Positions 26,636-39,213 of a stretch of 64,000 bases of DNA are shown one piece after another. How positions within the stretch are numbered: position 1 is the stretch's first letter; the number at the start of each line of letters is the position of its first letter. The notes under the pieces are model-generated. The model worked only from the letters and a program-made list of their open reading frames with translations, made no database searches and had not been told where the DNA came from. Source of the stretch: Ranitomeya imitator (Eukaryota). Where the stretch lies: positions 63,116,001 through 63,180,000 of the forward strand of contig NC_091289.1 in the NCBI RefSeq assembly GCF_032444005.1, given 5' to 3'. A program made the position numbers and the translations under genes.

Positions 26636-26707
26636 TTATCTGTAGTAGTGAATATAGGTCGCTGTAATTTATGTATTATTTTGTGGAAAACTATTAGTCT
26701 GCTCTAA

Positions 26708-27619
26708 AGGTTCCGTTACACTAAATGACTTACCAACGATCACGACCAGCGATACGACCTGGCCATGATCGTTGGTAAGTCGTTATGTGGTTGCTGGGGA
26801 GCTGTCACACAGACAGCTCTCTCCAGCGACCAACGATCCGGGGAACAACTTCAACATCGTTGAAACTGTCTTCAACGATGCCGAAGTCCCCGGGTAACCA
26901 GGGTAAATATCGGGTTACTAAGCGCAGGGCCGCGCTTAGTAACCCGATATTTACCCTGGTTACCATTGTAAAAGTTAAAAAAACAAAACAAAAACAGTAC
27001 ATACTCTCATTCTAATGTCTGTCATGTCCCCCGGCGTCCACAGGGTTAAAACTGCTTTCGGCAGGAGCGCTGCTAATGCACGCGCTGCTGCCGAGAGCTT
27101 TCCATGCACTGTGTCATCACCGGCCGTAAAGCAGAGCGGTGACGTCACCGCTGTACTCTGCTTTACGGCCGGCGCTGACACAGTGCAGGGAAAGCTCTCG
27201 GCAGCAGCGCGTGCATTAGCAGCGCTCCTGCCGAAAGCAGTTTTAACCCTGTGGACGCCGGGGGACGTGACAGACATCGGAATGTATGTACTGTTTTTTT
27301 TTTTTTTTTTTAACTTTTACAATGGTAACCAGGGTAAATATCGGGTTACTAAGCGCGGCCCTGCGCTTAGTAACCCGATATTTACCCTGGTTACCAGTGA
27401 ACACATTGCGGGATCGGCGTCACACACGCCGATTCAGCGATGACAGCGGGTGATCAGCGACCAAAAAAAGGTCCTGATCATTCCCCAGCGACCAACGATC
27501 TCCCAGCAGGGGCCTGATCGTTGGTCGCTATCACGCTTAACAATTTCATTAACGATATCGTTGCTACGTCACAAAAAGCAACGATATCGTTAACGAAATC
27601 GTTATGTGTGAAGGTACCT
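26708..27619. mobile_element. Palindromic MITE, related copy 2
   Basis: Same terminal and internal hairpin motifs, with a different central palindrome. Confidence 0.8.
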
Positions 27620-28055
27620 TAAGTCCCCATATCTTATATAGACTCCCGAACGTCTAAGGATCCATGTGAAATAAAGGTCTCCCTCGTCCGGCTTTGTGGG
27701 AACACAATTAGCACATGATGGCCACCTCTGACACCTCACACACCATCTTTACTATGGTAACGCAGAGAGTAATGTAGTGGAAGCAAAGGGCTGCTACCTC
27801 AAATGAGTGCCATCCTGTGACCGTAACATCTCTCACACAAAGTTGATATCCATTCATATTGCATCTCACATTTGATGGATGAAGGGGGTAAGGTGTGGTG
27901 TGCATGTACAATGAAGAAACCTCCCCACGGGGGGGACCCAGGAAATAACGTCCCACCCCATCCCCAATGCTGCACTGTGTCTCTGTCGTTGTTAAAGCCT
28001 AAAACTTTACTAGCTTAGCCTCGTTACCCTACAGAATCTAAGAGTCTACATAGAG

Positions 28056-28366
28056 CAGGGTGGGGAATCTTTTATCTGCCAAGGGCCATTTGGATATTTG
28101 TACCATCCTTCGGGGGCCGTACAAACTCTGCCCACAAACTACATCCTGACTCTGGCACTGGTGTCAGGACGTAATCTTTCATTGCATGCCCTTCAGTTTT
28201 CAGTAGTGAACACTGTGTGTGTGCTAACAGAGCAAGAGGAAATGAATGAGCTTGTGGCAATCAAAATACAGCTCCTTGCCCAAGAATGCGGTCCCTGAGA
28301 ATCTGCCCGGGGGCCTGATAAAAGGTCATCGAGGGCTGTAAATGGCCCTGGGGTTCCCCACCCCTG
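28056..28366. mobile_element. Non-autonomous hAT (Charlie-like) element
   Basis: CAGGG...CCCCTG ends, 8-bp target duplication acatagag/acataaag (1 mismatch). Confidence 0.8.
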
Positions 28367-30288
28367 ACATAAAGACTAAGTGATACTTGCACATGAGACC
28401 TATGTGGCCTGCGGGCAGGGAGGACATTGTGTGCGTGACATTGGACCTTTTGGTAAGTGGCGGCAGCATTGAGCGTCCTGGGTGTGTGGACTGGTTTGGG
28501 GTACGTGTTGTGCTCAATCTTTAGCCTGAGTGAGGGGAAAATGCGAGATTGAGCTGCAAAGGACATCATGGAGGCTGAGAGAGGACCCCAGTTGTGGCAC
28601 CTTTATATTAGGAATCTAGGCTTACGCTACAGCTCTGCTGCCTTTCTGCCCTGTTCCCCACCCTCCACCAATCTCATCAGTGACTGACAGGTCCCTCTTC
28701 TTTCTCTTCTGCTGCTCATTCCTGCGCTGGTTGTCCTGGTGAAGACTGTCCGGTACAATCTGTAAACTATGGCCGCCTAACAGGGATTGAGAATCTTCAT
28801 CAGGACCTTACTGTACATGCACCGCGCCAGGGAACGATGGCACCTGCACTAGATCTCAGGCAGGGGAGGAAGGTGAGTGTAGTGTCCGACCGCCGCACTT
28901 GTGCATCACAATTCAACAATCGCTTTATCTAAACCGTAAACCCGGATGTCTACAATAAAGGTATAGATGCAATAGGCATTACAGAGTCTTTACACACATG
29001 GCATTAGTTTGGGATAGGAAAAACAAAATGTTAGGTTCCCTTTATCTAAATTCTTTAAAAGTATAATAATAATAAATAATACCCACAGCAATAAATGTTA
29101 CGAACAAACAACACTGCTGATATTTTCTTTCCTCTGGTGACCAAACTACTGATCTAGTAGTCCTCCTAGTCTTTGTACTGCAAAACTCAGCATGTGACCG
29201 CTGCAGCCAATCAGTAGCCACTTGCTGTACTATCGGCGTTACGGTCCAGTGCTGGGGAGTGGATACCAGTGACGTGCAGCATGAGACTGCTGGGAGCACT
29301 GAATTGCTGGGGAGAGATTAGGTCATTTTTATTTTATAACATTTGGCGCCGTTTTATTCTTCGGAGATCCTACAAAAATGTGTCCTCCGTGAAGGAATTT
29401 CATGCAATGGCTAAGGAGCCTGTACTAACCTGCTGCCCCCTGTGTGATAGTAAGAGTCCGTCACAAATAAACCGCAACCTGGATTATCTGAACGTCATAC
29501 CACTTCATGGCACAGGCTGCAGGTCATGACCAGAAAGGGTAGAACTCCTTACGCCAATTTTACTGCCGCCCCAGTGCCCCTAGTTTGTCTTGGTTTCCTC
29601 GGTGCTGGAGTGGCGGTGATTACACAGGAGAGCACCCATTAATGGTAATTTATACCCTCCTTCCTGTTACGTTTTGTAGAATCTCTGAAAAACCCTTCTC
29701 CAGGATCTCTGGGGAATGTGGGCAACAGTCGGCATACTAGGATAAGGTGTTATCTGAGCATGCTCCGGTGCTATTCGAGTGACATGTCGGGGTTTTCTGC
29801 TTGTAAGACAATCCCTGCATGTGATGTGGCTAACAGACATGAGATATGCAGCCGTGGGGACTTGAACATATTATTCGAGCGCACTGAAGAAACTAGACTA
29901 GCAGCCCAGATAACACTTTATCCAAGCACGCTCGTTCATCACTAATAATTATATAATTCTATAAAAGCAGTCTTTTATGGTCAGACATTACAATAAGTAT
30001 TACAGAAATCTGGAACATGAGGGGGGCACTCAACACACCGAGGTGGAACGTACAGCCTTCAAAATCAAATGTCTATTAACCACCCCTTTAAAAATGGACT
30101 CTAAATTAAATCCACAGGATCACTTTCAAACTGATCAACTTTAAACCTAATCCATCCACATAGATTTCAATGATTTAACAAATGCATTCTGGAGAAATTA
30201 TTTTTTTGTTGGACTAAAATGTTACGACGATACAACAATTTTTTTTTTTGCTAGCTAAAAAAGGATTGCCCCTGGATGCCTTTATTAA

Positions 30289-30692
30289 AGCACCACTCCA
30301 GCATTTTTTTACGTCACCGCTAGAGTGGCATCACTAATATGTTCCCTGCCACTAGTACTATACCCCCCAGCTACCGTCTTCTGTTATCAGTTCCAGTAGT
30401 CCTCTGCAGGTTGCGACCTGTCGGATCGCTGCAGTGCTTCTTTGCTGGGCGAGTCGGACATCATAACGCAATCTAAGACTATGAGAGCCGCAATGAGGGT
30501 CCCATATACTTACACTGAGAGCTTGTTACCGGTCAGTCAGGAGCTGCAGTTACAAGATGGCAGAACGGCGCCGCAGCAGCGCCAGGAAGAGCTGAAGACA
30601 GCGGCTGGTAAGTATATTACTAGGGACAGGGAACATACATTAGTGATACCACTCTGGCAGTGAAAGTAACAAATGAATTCCGAAGTGGCGCT
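30289..30692. mobile_element. TTAA-type (T2/Kolobok-like) MITE
   Basis: TTAA|agcaccactccagc...gaagtggcgct ends and internal inverted arms. Confidence 0.6.
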
Positions 30693-31835
30693 GTAAATCA
30701 TTGAAGTAAATGTGAATGTATAACTTATTAGAGGGATCAGTTTGAAAGTGATCCGGTCATCTTATTTACTGGATCCATTTCACAAAGATGAGATGACTGG
30801 ACATGTGAACTCAGCTTCAGCAATGCAGAGTGTCATAGAAAATATTTAAAAAAAAAAAAAATCTCTGGAGGTCCCTTACATCCCCCCTCCCTTTTTTCCC
30901 CTCTTCTCTTTGCAATAAGGAAACAGGAGCTAGCCCTCAGCTCCTGTCATATAAAATGAAATATACAAAGAGATGTGAACCATCTTAACTAAAATGCAAG
31001 GAGTCCTCGTTATGCCCAGGTCACTAAACGAGGAGGTGTATTATGCAGAGACAGGAAAAGGCTTATTAGGTTTTGAGCGGCTTAAAGGAAAATTTCATAC
31101 CCATTAGAAACAGCCATAGTCACTGAGCTTACCCATAAACAGGACAGTGGATCCCTTTTGTCTACAAGAATTGCATGTTGAATTCAGGTGACGCTAAGTC
31201 ACTGCAGTTACAATAAGCAGCTCAGACAGTATGTCTCCGAAAAAAAATATATGAATATGGGAATCTCTATACATCCGATATTAATGAGGTGTAAAGTGTC
31301 TGCATCGGGGTTAACCAAGGAAACAGATATAGATTTTCTCATAAATATAATCCCCACCAAAAGGCCCCAAAGCCATAAGGGCCATATATCCACCAGCAGC
31401 TAGGCCATGTTTGGTCTCTAAGTATAGATAAAATCCCCAAAAATATAAAATCCCAAAAAACTATGACATCACTCTCAAGCTTCTGCGGCCGTCCGGAGAG
31501 GAGTTATGGCATACGTTGGGATTTCCTAAAGCCATGAAGGGCTGAGACCGGCCTACAACGTGGCCCATGTGAGGTAATCACAGGGGGGTGCAGGTGGGAT
31601 TCAGGGTCTGATAAAAGACCAAGCTCGGTTATGATCTGTGTTCCTGTAGAGAGTTACACACCCCTGTATGCATGAATCCCGTTTACTGACGGCCTCTAGC
31701 GAAGCGCTCTCCTTCGGCTACACTAAACCGTCTCTGCGATTGGTGTGGTAAGTTCTCCTGATAATCCCTTTTAGTTTATGTACCTGTTTATGCTGTATTG
31801 TTTTCTCTCCCTTGCAACATTTTTGGTATATTTAA

Positions 31836-32248
31836 GGCCGGTTTCACATTCGCGTTTCCCTGATCTGCGGCGGGCTGCGGACTTCCTCCGTGAAGCCCCG
31901 CCCTCGGCCGCACCTCCGCCGCTAGCTCCGCCTACTTCTGCATGCGGCCCGCGTACCCATATTTAACATTAGGTACGTAGGTCGCGCGGCTGCATGCGGA
32001 TGGTGCCACATGCGTCGTTTTGACGATGCGGCGACCAGCGTAGACGCAGCCTGTAGCTTTTTTTCCCCCCCACATCGCCAAAACGACGCATGCAGCACCA
32101 TCCGCATACAGCCGCACGACCTGTGTACCTAATGTTAAACATAGGTACGCAAGGCCGCATACAGAAGTATGCGGAGCTAGCGGCGGAGCTTCACGGAGGA
32201 AGTCCGCAGCCCGCCGCAGATCAGGTAAACACTAGTGTGAAACTAGAC
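31836..32248. mobile_element. Palindromic Harbinger-type MITE
   Basis: TAA|ggccggtttcac...gtgaaactagac|TTA, and the two halves are reverse complements. Confidence 0.72.
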
Positions 32249-32568
32249 TTACACAAACACGGCCTCCCTATGGATTAATATAACATTTAATAGTTCTGCT
32301 CCTTCTGTTCTGTAAATTACGGGCCATCGTGGAGTTAGCGGTGACCATACGGGGGTATATACACATTCTGAATGCCAGAATCTGGAGGTGTATATACACC
32401 GTACGCTCACCGTCAGTTTTCTGATAACCTACTGGTGTGACCGGCCTGGGGCCTTCTCCATTGATTGTCAGCCAATTCTGTCCGGACTATAGGGGGCAGC
32501 AGAGAGCGGGTGGTACTCGCGACCTTCCCGGCCTGGGGGGATTTGTGCGATTAAGAAATTCTTGGCAA

Positions 32569-33051
32569 ATTCGCATAGTGGGCATCCCTGAAAAAGCTGA
32601 AGGGAGGAATCCAACGGAATATATTGAAAAATGGCTGTTAGAGACATTTGGAGATATGGCGCTAACAAAAGTGTTCGCGGTAGAAAGAGCGCATAGGGTC
32701 CCGCCGAAACCACCTGTCCCTGGAGCGAATCCCCGTACCATGCTCGCCAAAATTCTAAACTATAGAGACAGAGACATTATCCTGAGGAAGGCCAGAGACA
32801 TGACGGATCTGACAGTTGAAGGTCAAAAGATTGCTATCTACCCAGACTATTCTACTCTGGTGCAGAAACAACGGATGATGTTCACGGGTATCAAGAGACG
32901 GCTGAGGGAATTGGGTGTGCAGTATTCCATGATGTTCCCAGCAAGACTGAGGGTGGTGGCGTTTGATAAAATTCATTTTTTCCAGAAGCCGGAGGACGCT
33001 ACCCAGTGGATCGATATTAATGCTAAAAAGCTTAAAGGAAAAGGAGACTGA
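32569..33051 (+). CDS. L1 ORF1 C-terminal part (RRM and CTD), 5'-truncated
   Basis: IRIVGIPE, VERAHRV, PRTMLAK, IAIYPDYS and MMFPARLRV are L1 ORF1 motifs. Confidence 0.9.
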   Translation: MRIVGIPEKAEGRNPTEYIEKWLLETFGDMALTKVFAVERAHRVPPKPPVPGANPRTMLAKILNYRDRDIILRKARDMTDLTVEGQKIAIYPDYSTLVQKQRMMFTGIKRRLRELGVQYSMMFPARLRVVAFDKIHFFQKPEDATQWIDINAKKLKGKGD

Positions 33052-33514
33052 AACTGTGGGAAGAGTCTGAAGTTGTTTACTTATCTGTCAGTTGGAAAAG
33101 AGTCATGTGATTGACAAGCCAAGGGGTATGGGGGGGGAAGAAGGGAGCTGGATTATATCCAGTTAAAGTTAAAGGGATGATGTAATGGTTGCTGGGAAAG
33201 GGGGAGGAAGGGTTTGCAACATATTTTAAGTGTATGCAGGCTTCTTGTGTGTGCAAATAATTCTAAGTTAAAATGTTTTGAGAACGTTATTTTTCAAAAT
33301 GTCTGAAATCCTGTTATGTACAGTGGTGGGAGGAGGGTTGGGAAGGTAATGCCAAACGGAGTGTTCGCTATGGGCGATGATGCCCCACTCTTGGAAAGAG
33401 GTGGAATGGTTAGATGTGAGGGGGGAAGGGTGGGAGGGGGAGTTGGGAGGGGGGGGGGGGGGGGGAGGGTAGTTAGACAGCCTGAGCTCAAAATTGATGA
33501 TACTTATAGTGAAG

Positions 33515-36500
33515 ATGAGCCAAGTGATGGGGACCCGTTTTAAGATTTTGTGCTGGAATGTGAGAGGCCTAGGGGAGAAATCTAGACGTGCTGCGTGTTT
33601 GCAATATGCAAGAGACCAAAGGGCCTCAATGATATGCTTGCTGGAGACGCATTTGGTAAGGGAAAAAGTGGATGTTTTGAATAGACGATGGATCCAGAGG
33701 GGATATCATTCTACCTTCTCCACGTATGCAAGAGGAGTCTCAATCTTGGTTCCAGCGGGAGTTCAGTATGAGAAGGTGAAGGTATATGTGGACGTGGAGG
33801 GACAGTATGTACTATTACGGTGTATACTGTATGGAGTGATGCTGTGTGTTGCCGCGATGTATATTCCGCCTCCCTACTCTAGCAGGAAGATTAGAGAAGT
33901 AATGGAGCGAGTGGAAAAATGGGGACCGACACCGTTAATAATTATCGGAGATCTAAATAACATCTGTGATGAATATTGGGATAAAAATAAAAATACTCAG
34001 AATAGGTCGGAGGGACACATAACAACATTTGGCACCTATATACAGGAGATAGGTTTGATTGATCTGTGGAGGGTTAGACATGTGGGGGAGAGAGGGTACT
34101 CATGTTATTCACCGGCACATGCCACACTCTCTAGAATCGATATGGCTCTGGGTAACAGGATCTTGGACACACTGGTTGGGGAGGTGAGATATCTGCCAAG
34201 GGCCTTGTCGGACCATAGTCCAATTGAAGTAGAGGTTAGATTGGAGGGGGCTCGCTCGCTAAGTGGGAGAGAATGGAAGATTCATCCTAATTGGTTACAG
34301 AGTATTGAGTTGGAAAGTATAGGACGGGAGGTGGCGGAATTCTTTCTCTTAAATGATGGAAGCGCCGACGCTCTTACAATTTGGGATGCAATGAAGGCGT
34401 ACCTGAGGGGACTACTATTTAGGGACATTAGTAGGTGTAAGCGGAGGACGAGAGAGGTAGAAAAAGCGGCAGTTGAGGAGTTGAAGGAAGCAGAGGATGG
34501 GATGGCCACACTGGGAACCCCTGAGGCAGAGAGAAGAATGAAAAACGCACAAAATCATTTGGAAAAAATTCTGCTAGGCAAAGCTGAGAGGAAACGAGAT
34601 TTCCAAAGGGTATTGTTCTATCAGGAGGGAGAAACAGTGGGACATATGCTGTCGGTAGTGGCTGCTGCTCAGAGAGGTTCTTCATATATACACTCTTTGG
34701 ATTCTGCTAGTGGAGGTAAAATAACGGAAACACCTGAAATTTTGAGAGCCTTTGCGGACTTCTATGCAGATTTGTATTCCTCTCGGGTTGGTGAATCGGT
34801 CGAGGATGCACTGACTTTCTTGGAAGGTCTGGATTTGCCGAGACTGAGTGAGGCAGATAGGGAGAGCCTTGAGGCCCCTATCACTGAGGAGGAATTGAGT
34901 CGGGCATTGATGTCTATGGCCAATGGGAAGGCGCCTGGGGTCGATGGGTTACCCGCTGAGATCTATAAAGGGTTGGCAGAAGTGTTGATTCCTAGATTAA
35001 AAATGGTATTGGAGGAAGCTAGGTCTTGTGGGCGCTTGCCAGCCTCTATGAGAGAGGCCATAATAGTGGTCATTCCAAAGGAGGATAAGGACTTGGGGAA
35101 ACCGGAGTCGTACCGCCCAATTTCTTTACTAACAATTGATGTCAAGCTTCTGGCCAAGGTGTTGGCTCTCCGCCTCTCTAGTGTTATTGCGAGTCTGGTG
35201 CATTCGGACCAATCTGGCTTTATGCCGGATAGATCAACGGCGATCAATTTGCGGAGGTTATATGTAAATTTGCAGGTAGAGTCTGATAACTGTGGTCGAA
35301 GAGTGATTGTATCGCTAGATGCACACAAGGCGTTTGACAGCGTCGAATGGGGGTACCTCTGGCAGGTGCTGGAATGTATGGGGTTTGGCCCGCAGTTTGT
35401 GGCCTGGATACAGCTGTTGTACTCATTACCATCCGCCAGAATTAGAGTAAATGGGGAGCTATCTCGTCCTATAGGGCTGGCTAGGGGTACTAGGCAGGGA
35501 TGCCCGCTGTCACCCCTCCTGTTCGCGTTGGCTGTAGAACCTCTTGCTGCTAAGATTCGGCAGTCGGATGGGGTCCCTGGGTTTAGGTATGGCAAAGTAG
35601 AGGAAAAAATAGCGTTCTATGCGGATGATGTTTTGCTGTTCCTGGAGGATCCAGACAATTCACTAAGAGGGGCCGTTGAAATTGTTGAGAGATTTGGTAC
35701 TGTGTCGGGACTAACAATTAATTGGGATAAGACGGTTCTTTTTAGAGTGGATGACGTAGGAGAGAATGTGAGTGAGGATGTTGGGGATGAGAGGCTGAAG
35801 GTGGTTTCCCAATTTAAATATCTTGGAATATGGATTTCGGTGCCGGTGGCGGAGTTTCTGCAAAGAAATTTGACTCCTGTTATGGGGGTACTCAAGGCAA
35901 AGGTAGAAGCCTGGAATAAGCTACATCTATCGGTCGTCGGTAGGGTAAACCTTATTAAAATGGTCCTTATGCCCAAAATTCTTTATGTTCTGCATAACGC
36001 ACCAATTTGGATCCCTCGGGGGAAGTTCAGGCAGATTAATGCCCTCTTTAGAAGTTTGATATGGGGTAGACAATATCCACGTATTAGCTTGGAGACGCTT
36101 CAACGACCCAAGGAAGATGGTGGTTTGGCTTTGCCCAACCCGGAAATATACTTCCTTGCGGCCCAGGGCCAGCATTTGAAGGGCTGGGCGCGAGGGGCGT
36201 CATCCAGTGCAGTACAACAGCTATTGGAAGAGGTGACGGACCGACGACCGATGGCCAGGTGTTTGGAGGATGGCTCATTGGGCGCGCTGGGGAAAATATA
36301 CCCAACCCTGTTCCTGATTCGTAAATTATGGAATAGACTAAGGCAGATTCGTGGGGTTACAGGGTTGACTAAATTCACACCGATATGGTCTAACCACAAC
36401 TTAAAGGATTTTGAGGCCCTGGGAGGATTGATGGAATGGCAGAATAAGGGAATTTGCTTTGTTCACCAGATAATCCAGCAGCAGGAGCTGAAGTCCTTTT

Positions 36501-37279
36501 CCCAATTGCAGGAAGAATTTGGTTTGCGATCCACAGGGGAATATCAGTATGCGCAGATGAGACATGCCTTTAGAGCTCAGAATAAGAAGGCTGATATCAG
36601 GGTTCAAGATGATATAGTGTTGGAGTATGTGTGTGGTGAGGGTACTACAAGGGGAGTTATTTCCACTCTGTATAAGGACCTTATGCACACATTTCTGCTA
36701 GATTTCCCTATAAAGGCGAGAGCTAAGTGGGAGAGAGAAGTGGGGCCGATGGAAAATGAAACCTGGGAATCGGTGATGGAGTGGGTTCCGCGACTATCCT
36801 TGAGTGAACCATATAGGCTCTCGCAGCTATACATTTTGCATAGGGTATATAAATCTCCAGAAGTGCTATACAAAGCAGGATTGCGTGCCAATTCTGGGTG
36901 TCCGAGGTGTGCGAGTGAGAAGGCAGGAATATATCACATGATGTGGACGTGTCCGAGACTGGCTGCCTTTTGGGTGGTGGTTTTGAGCCGAGTTGAAGCA
37001 GCGTATAAGTGCAGAGTTGTTAGAGACCCGATAGTATGTGTGCTGGGATATGTGGAAGAAATTGGAGTTGACAATACTTGGAAGATTGCAATTGCTAGGC
37101 TACTCTACATGGCCAGGAAAGTAATAGCACGAAACTGGATAAACGCGGAACCACCTGTGAGAAGGGAATTTCTCCAATATGTTCAACATGGTCTAAAATT
37201 GGAAAAGGGGGTGTACAGTAAAAGGGGGAAAATAGAACTCTTTAATAAAATATGGTCTCCTTGGCTTGATTTGGATTGA
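33515..37279 (+). CDS. L1 ORF2 (APE endonuclease, reverse transcriptase, cysteine-rich C-terminus), uninterrupted, 1254 aa from the ATG at 33515
   Basis: WNVRGL, LLETH, GDLN, SRID, SDHSP, YRPISLL, RQGCPLSP, FYADD, CPRC...H...C, all in one frame. Confidence 0.97.
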   Translation: MSQVMGTRFKILCWNVRGLGEKSRRAACLQYARDQRASMICLLETHLVREKVDVLNRRWIQRGYHSTFSTYARGVSILVPAGVQYEKVKVYVDVEGQYVLLRCILYGVMLCVAAMYIPPPYSSRKIREVMERVEKWGPTPLIIIGDLNNICDEYWDKNKNTQNRSEGHITTFGTYIQEIGLIDLWRVRHVGERGYSCYSPAHATLSRIDMALGNRILDTLVGEVRYLPRALSDHSPIEVEVRLEGARSLSGREWKIHPNWLQSIELESIGREVAEFFLLNDGSADALTIWDAMKAYLRGLLFRDISRCKRRTREVEKAAVEELKEAEDGMATLGTPEAERRMKNAQNHLEKILLGKAERKRDFQRVLFYQEGETVGHMLSVVAAAQRGSSYIHSLDSASGGKITETPEILRAFADFYADLYSSRVGESVEDALTFLEGLDLPRLSEADRESLEAPITEEELSRALMSMANGKAPGVDGLPAEIYKGLAEVLIPRLKMVLEEARSCGRLPASMREAIIVVIPKEDKDLGKPESYRPISLLTIDVKLLAKVLALRLSSVIASLVHSDQSGFMPDRSTAINLRRLYVNLQVESDNCGRRVIVSLDAHKAFDSVEWGYLWQVLECMGFGPQFVAWIQLLYSLPSARIRVNGELSRPIGLARGTRQGCPLSPLLFALAVEPLAAKIRQSDGVPGFRYGKVEEKIAFYADDVLLFLEDPDNSLRGAVEIVERFGTVSGLTINWDKTVLFRVDDVGENVSEDVGDERLKVVSQFKYLGIWISVPVAEFLQRNLTPVMGVLKAKVEAWNKLHLSVVGRVNLIKMVLMPKILYVLHNAPIWIPRGKFRQINALFRSLIWGRQYPRISLETLQRPKEDGGLALPNPEIYFLAAQGQHLKGWARGASSSAVQQLLEEVTDRRPMARCLEDGSLGALGKIYPTLFLIRKLWNRLRQIRGVTGLTKFTPIWSNHNLKDFEALGGLMEWQNKGICFVHQIIQQQELKSFSQLQEEFGLRSTGEYQYAQMRHAFRAQNKKADIRVQDDIVLEYVCGEGTTRGVISTLYKDLMHTFLLDFPIKARAKWEREVGPMENETWESVMEWVPRLSLSEPYRLSQLYILHRVYKSPEVLYKAGLRANSGCPRCASEKAGIYHMMWTCPRLAAFWVVVLSRVEAAYKCRVVRDPIVCVLGYVEEIGVDNTWKIAIARLLYMARKVIARNWINAEPPVRREFLQYVQHGLKLEKGVYSKRGKIELFNKIWSPWLDLD

Positions 37280-37594
37280 GGAGTATAGGCGTCGTGTTTC
37301 CTAAGACCTGGAAGAGGATAAATTACAAGAGGCAGATAATGCCTCGTTGGGGTGGAGATTGAGACTGAGCTGTCTTATGGGGGAGGGGGGTAGTTGGGGT
37401 AATGTTGGGGTTTATTAAAGTAAGAAAATGTGTATCTGATATAATGCAATGTAAATGGCATTCTGTTGTTCTCCTTTTTTTATATTGTTAATAAAAATCT
37501 ATTTAAATTAAAAAAAAAAAAGAAATTCTTGGCAACTTAAGTCCTGACACAGAGACATGGCGGCGGGGATACAGGGACAAACAGCGCTGCCCAC

Positions 37595-37704
37595 CTGAAG
37601 CCAGACTCTGCCAGAGACGACAGGTACTCTAGAAAGATCTCCTCCGTCACTTCAGTGGTCCCCAGCTCTATGACATTGTCTGGTTCCCCCAGCATGGTTC
37701 CCCC
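37595..37704 (-). CDS. desi1: desi1 exon 4: [36 protein letters not shown]
   Basis: 110 nt, ttag| acceptor and |gtgggc donor, DESI1 homology, phase fits both neighbours. Confidence 0.96.
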
Positions 37705-39213
37705 CTAAGGAGAAAGAATTAAAAAGTAACAAGAAAGAAAAATTAATTTCACCAGTTCAATGACCAGCAAACTTTAGAAGCAGTGACAATGTTTTCTGCA
37801 GTTCTGTAAGACGATGATTCAGGATGCAGTCAGCCATCACGAGAAGGGAGAAGCCATTCACACTATTGTTAAAGGGATCCTGACACAGATACATACTGCA
37901 CGGTCCGCGTGTATCACGGGGCGATGATCTCAGCCAGGTACGTCCGACTCTGAAACGCTGCAACGGTGGAGATGACAAAGCCTCCGGGGCCCGAGCCGCA
38001 CAGCGGACAAGTAGATGGGCCCCCGGCGGCTCCTGCCCATCCGCTGCCCTGGAGTCACAGGCATCTGGACCCATCAATCACTGGCAGGGATCGGCCTGCC
38101 AGCTAGTTTCTTGGATGGCTTGTAAAGTACGTTTTTTCTTTCACAGTGAAATATACATGGCTGACGTCACACAGCCAGGGAGATGTACATTTCCTGATTT
38201 ACAGGCAGCATGTATCAGCCGTCAGGGCCACTTTAAATTAGACTAAGACTGTCTAAAAGCGCAAAAAATAAGGTCGAAGGCCACTAATTGCAATAGTAAA
38301 TGTGTAAAAATGTTTCCATGTACTAGATTTTTTGGAAAAGGGAATGTGTCAGCAGATTTTTCCTATGTAATCTGAGAGCAGCAGAATGTAGGGACAGAGA
38401 CTCTGATTCCAGCAACGTGTCAATGTGTTACTAGTCCGCGTGTTGCAGTTTCAATAAACTCAGCGTTGTCAGCAGTAAATCACTACAGGACTAGTTGTCT
38501 CGTGCCATGTAGTCATCTCGCTATGTATAACCCCACTCACACCACTGATTGGCAGCTTTCTGCCTACGCACAGTGTACACAGGAAGCTGCCAATCACTGG
38601 TGTGGGTGGGGTTATACATAGTTTAGCACAGATAGCTCCTCTTATTCTTTACGGCAATACGTGTTTGCTATCATCCACCCGTCACTTGCCTACAACTGTG
38701 CACTAAGCTGCCCTAGCGCCCACAGAGAATAGCGACCATGCAAGTGGTTAGGCAGAAGGTGGTGGCCCTCTAACACCCCATCAATCCACCAGGGGGCGCA
38801 ATAGGGAACCATAACACAGAGCTACAGAAGGAGTGCAGAGGTCTGGACCAGCGATCACACAATGGGACTAAGCTCTAGGAAAGACACAACAAATGGAGAG
38901 GAAAACTAAAAGTTATTGCTCCTGAAAGGCAGCGATTACAAATGAGTGTGGTGAGAAGAGATTACCGATCAGTGTAAAGATTCAGCAGAACCAGAATGGA
39001 TGGGAAATCATTAGACGGTTTACTTAGGTCAGAATATTACAGGAGTATTTGTAGATCCAAGCCAGTGATGGGTCAAACATAAGAAGGGCACAACGCTCCA
39101 TTACAATTTATCTTTTGACGGTCTTGGCTTGCAACAGAGAAAAACTGCAAGTGTGAATGAGGCCTTAGGGTGTACTTACTTATTGGATGTGATGTGCATA
39201 AGCAACACAAGAC

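Larger units (their letters stand above)
32569..37519 (+). mobile_element. Young 5'-truncated L1 LINE (4.95 kb) in desi1 intron 4, antisense to desi1
   Basis: Perfect 16-bp TSD aagaaattcttggcaa (32553-32568, 37520-37535) at a TT|AAGA site, poly(A) tail, AATAAA and G-rich 3' UTR. Confidence 0.96.

Noticed and set aside
31038-31830. Possible ERV-type solo LTR (TG...CA, TATA-like gataaaag)
   Set aside because: No target duplication or second copy was found, and the boundaries cannot be supported.
32437-32568. N-terminal 44 residues of the 204-aa ORF
   Set aside because: They lie outside or within the L1 TSD. This is host intron sequence that happens to be in frame with truncated ORF1.
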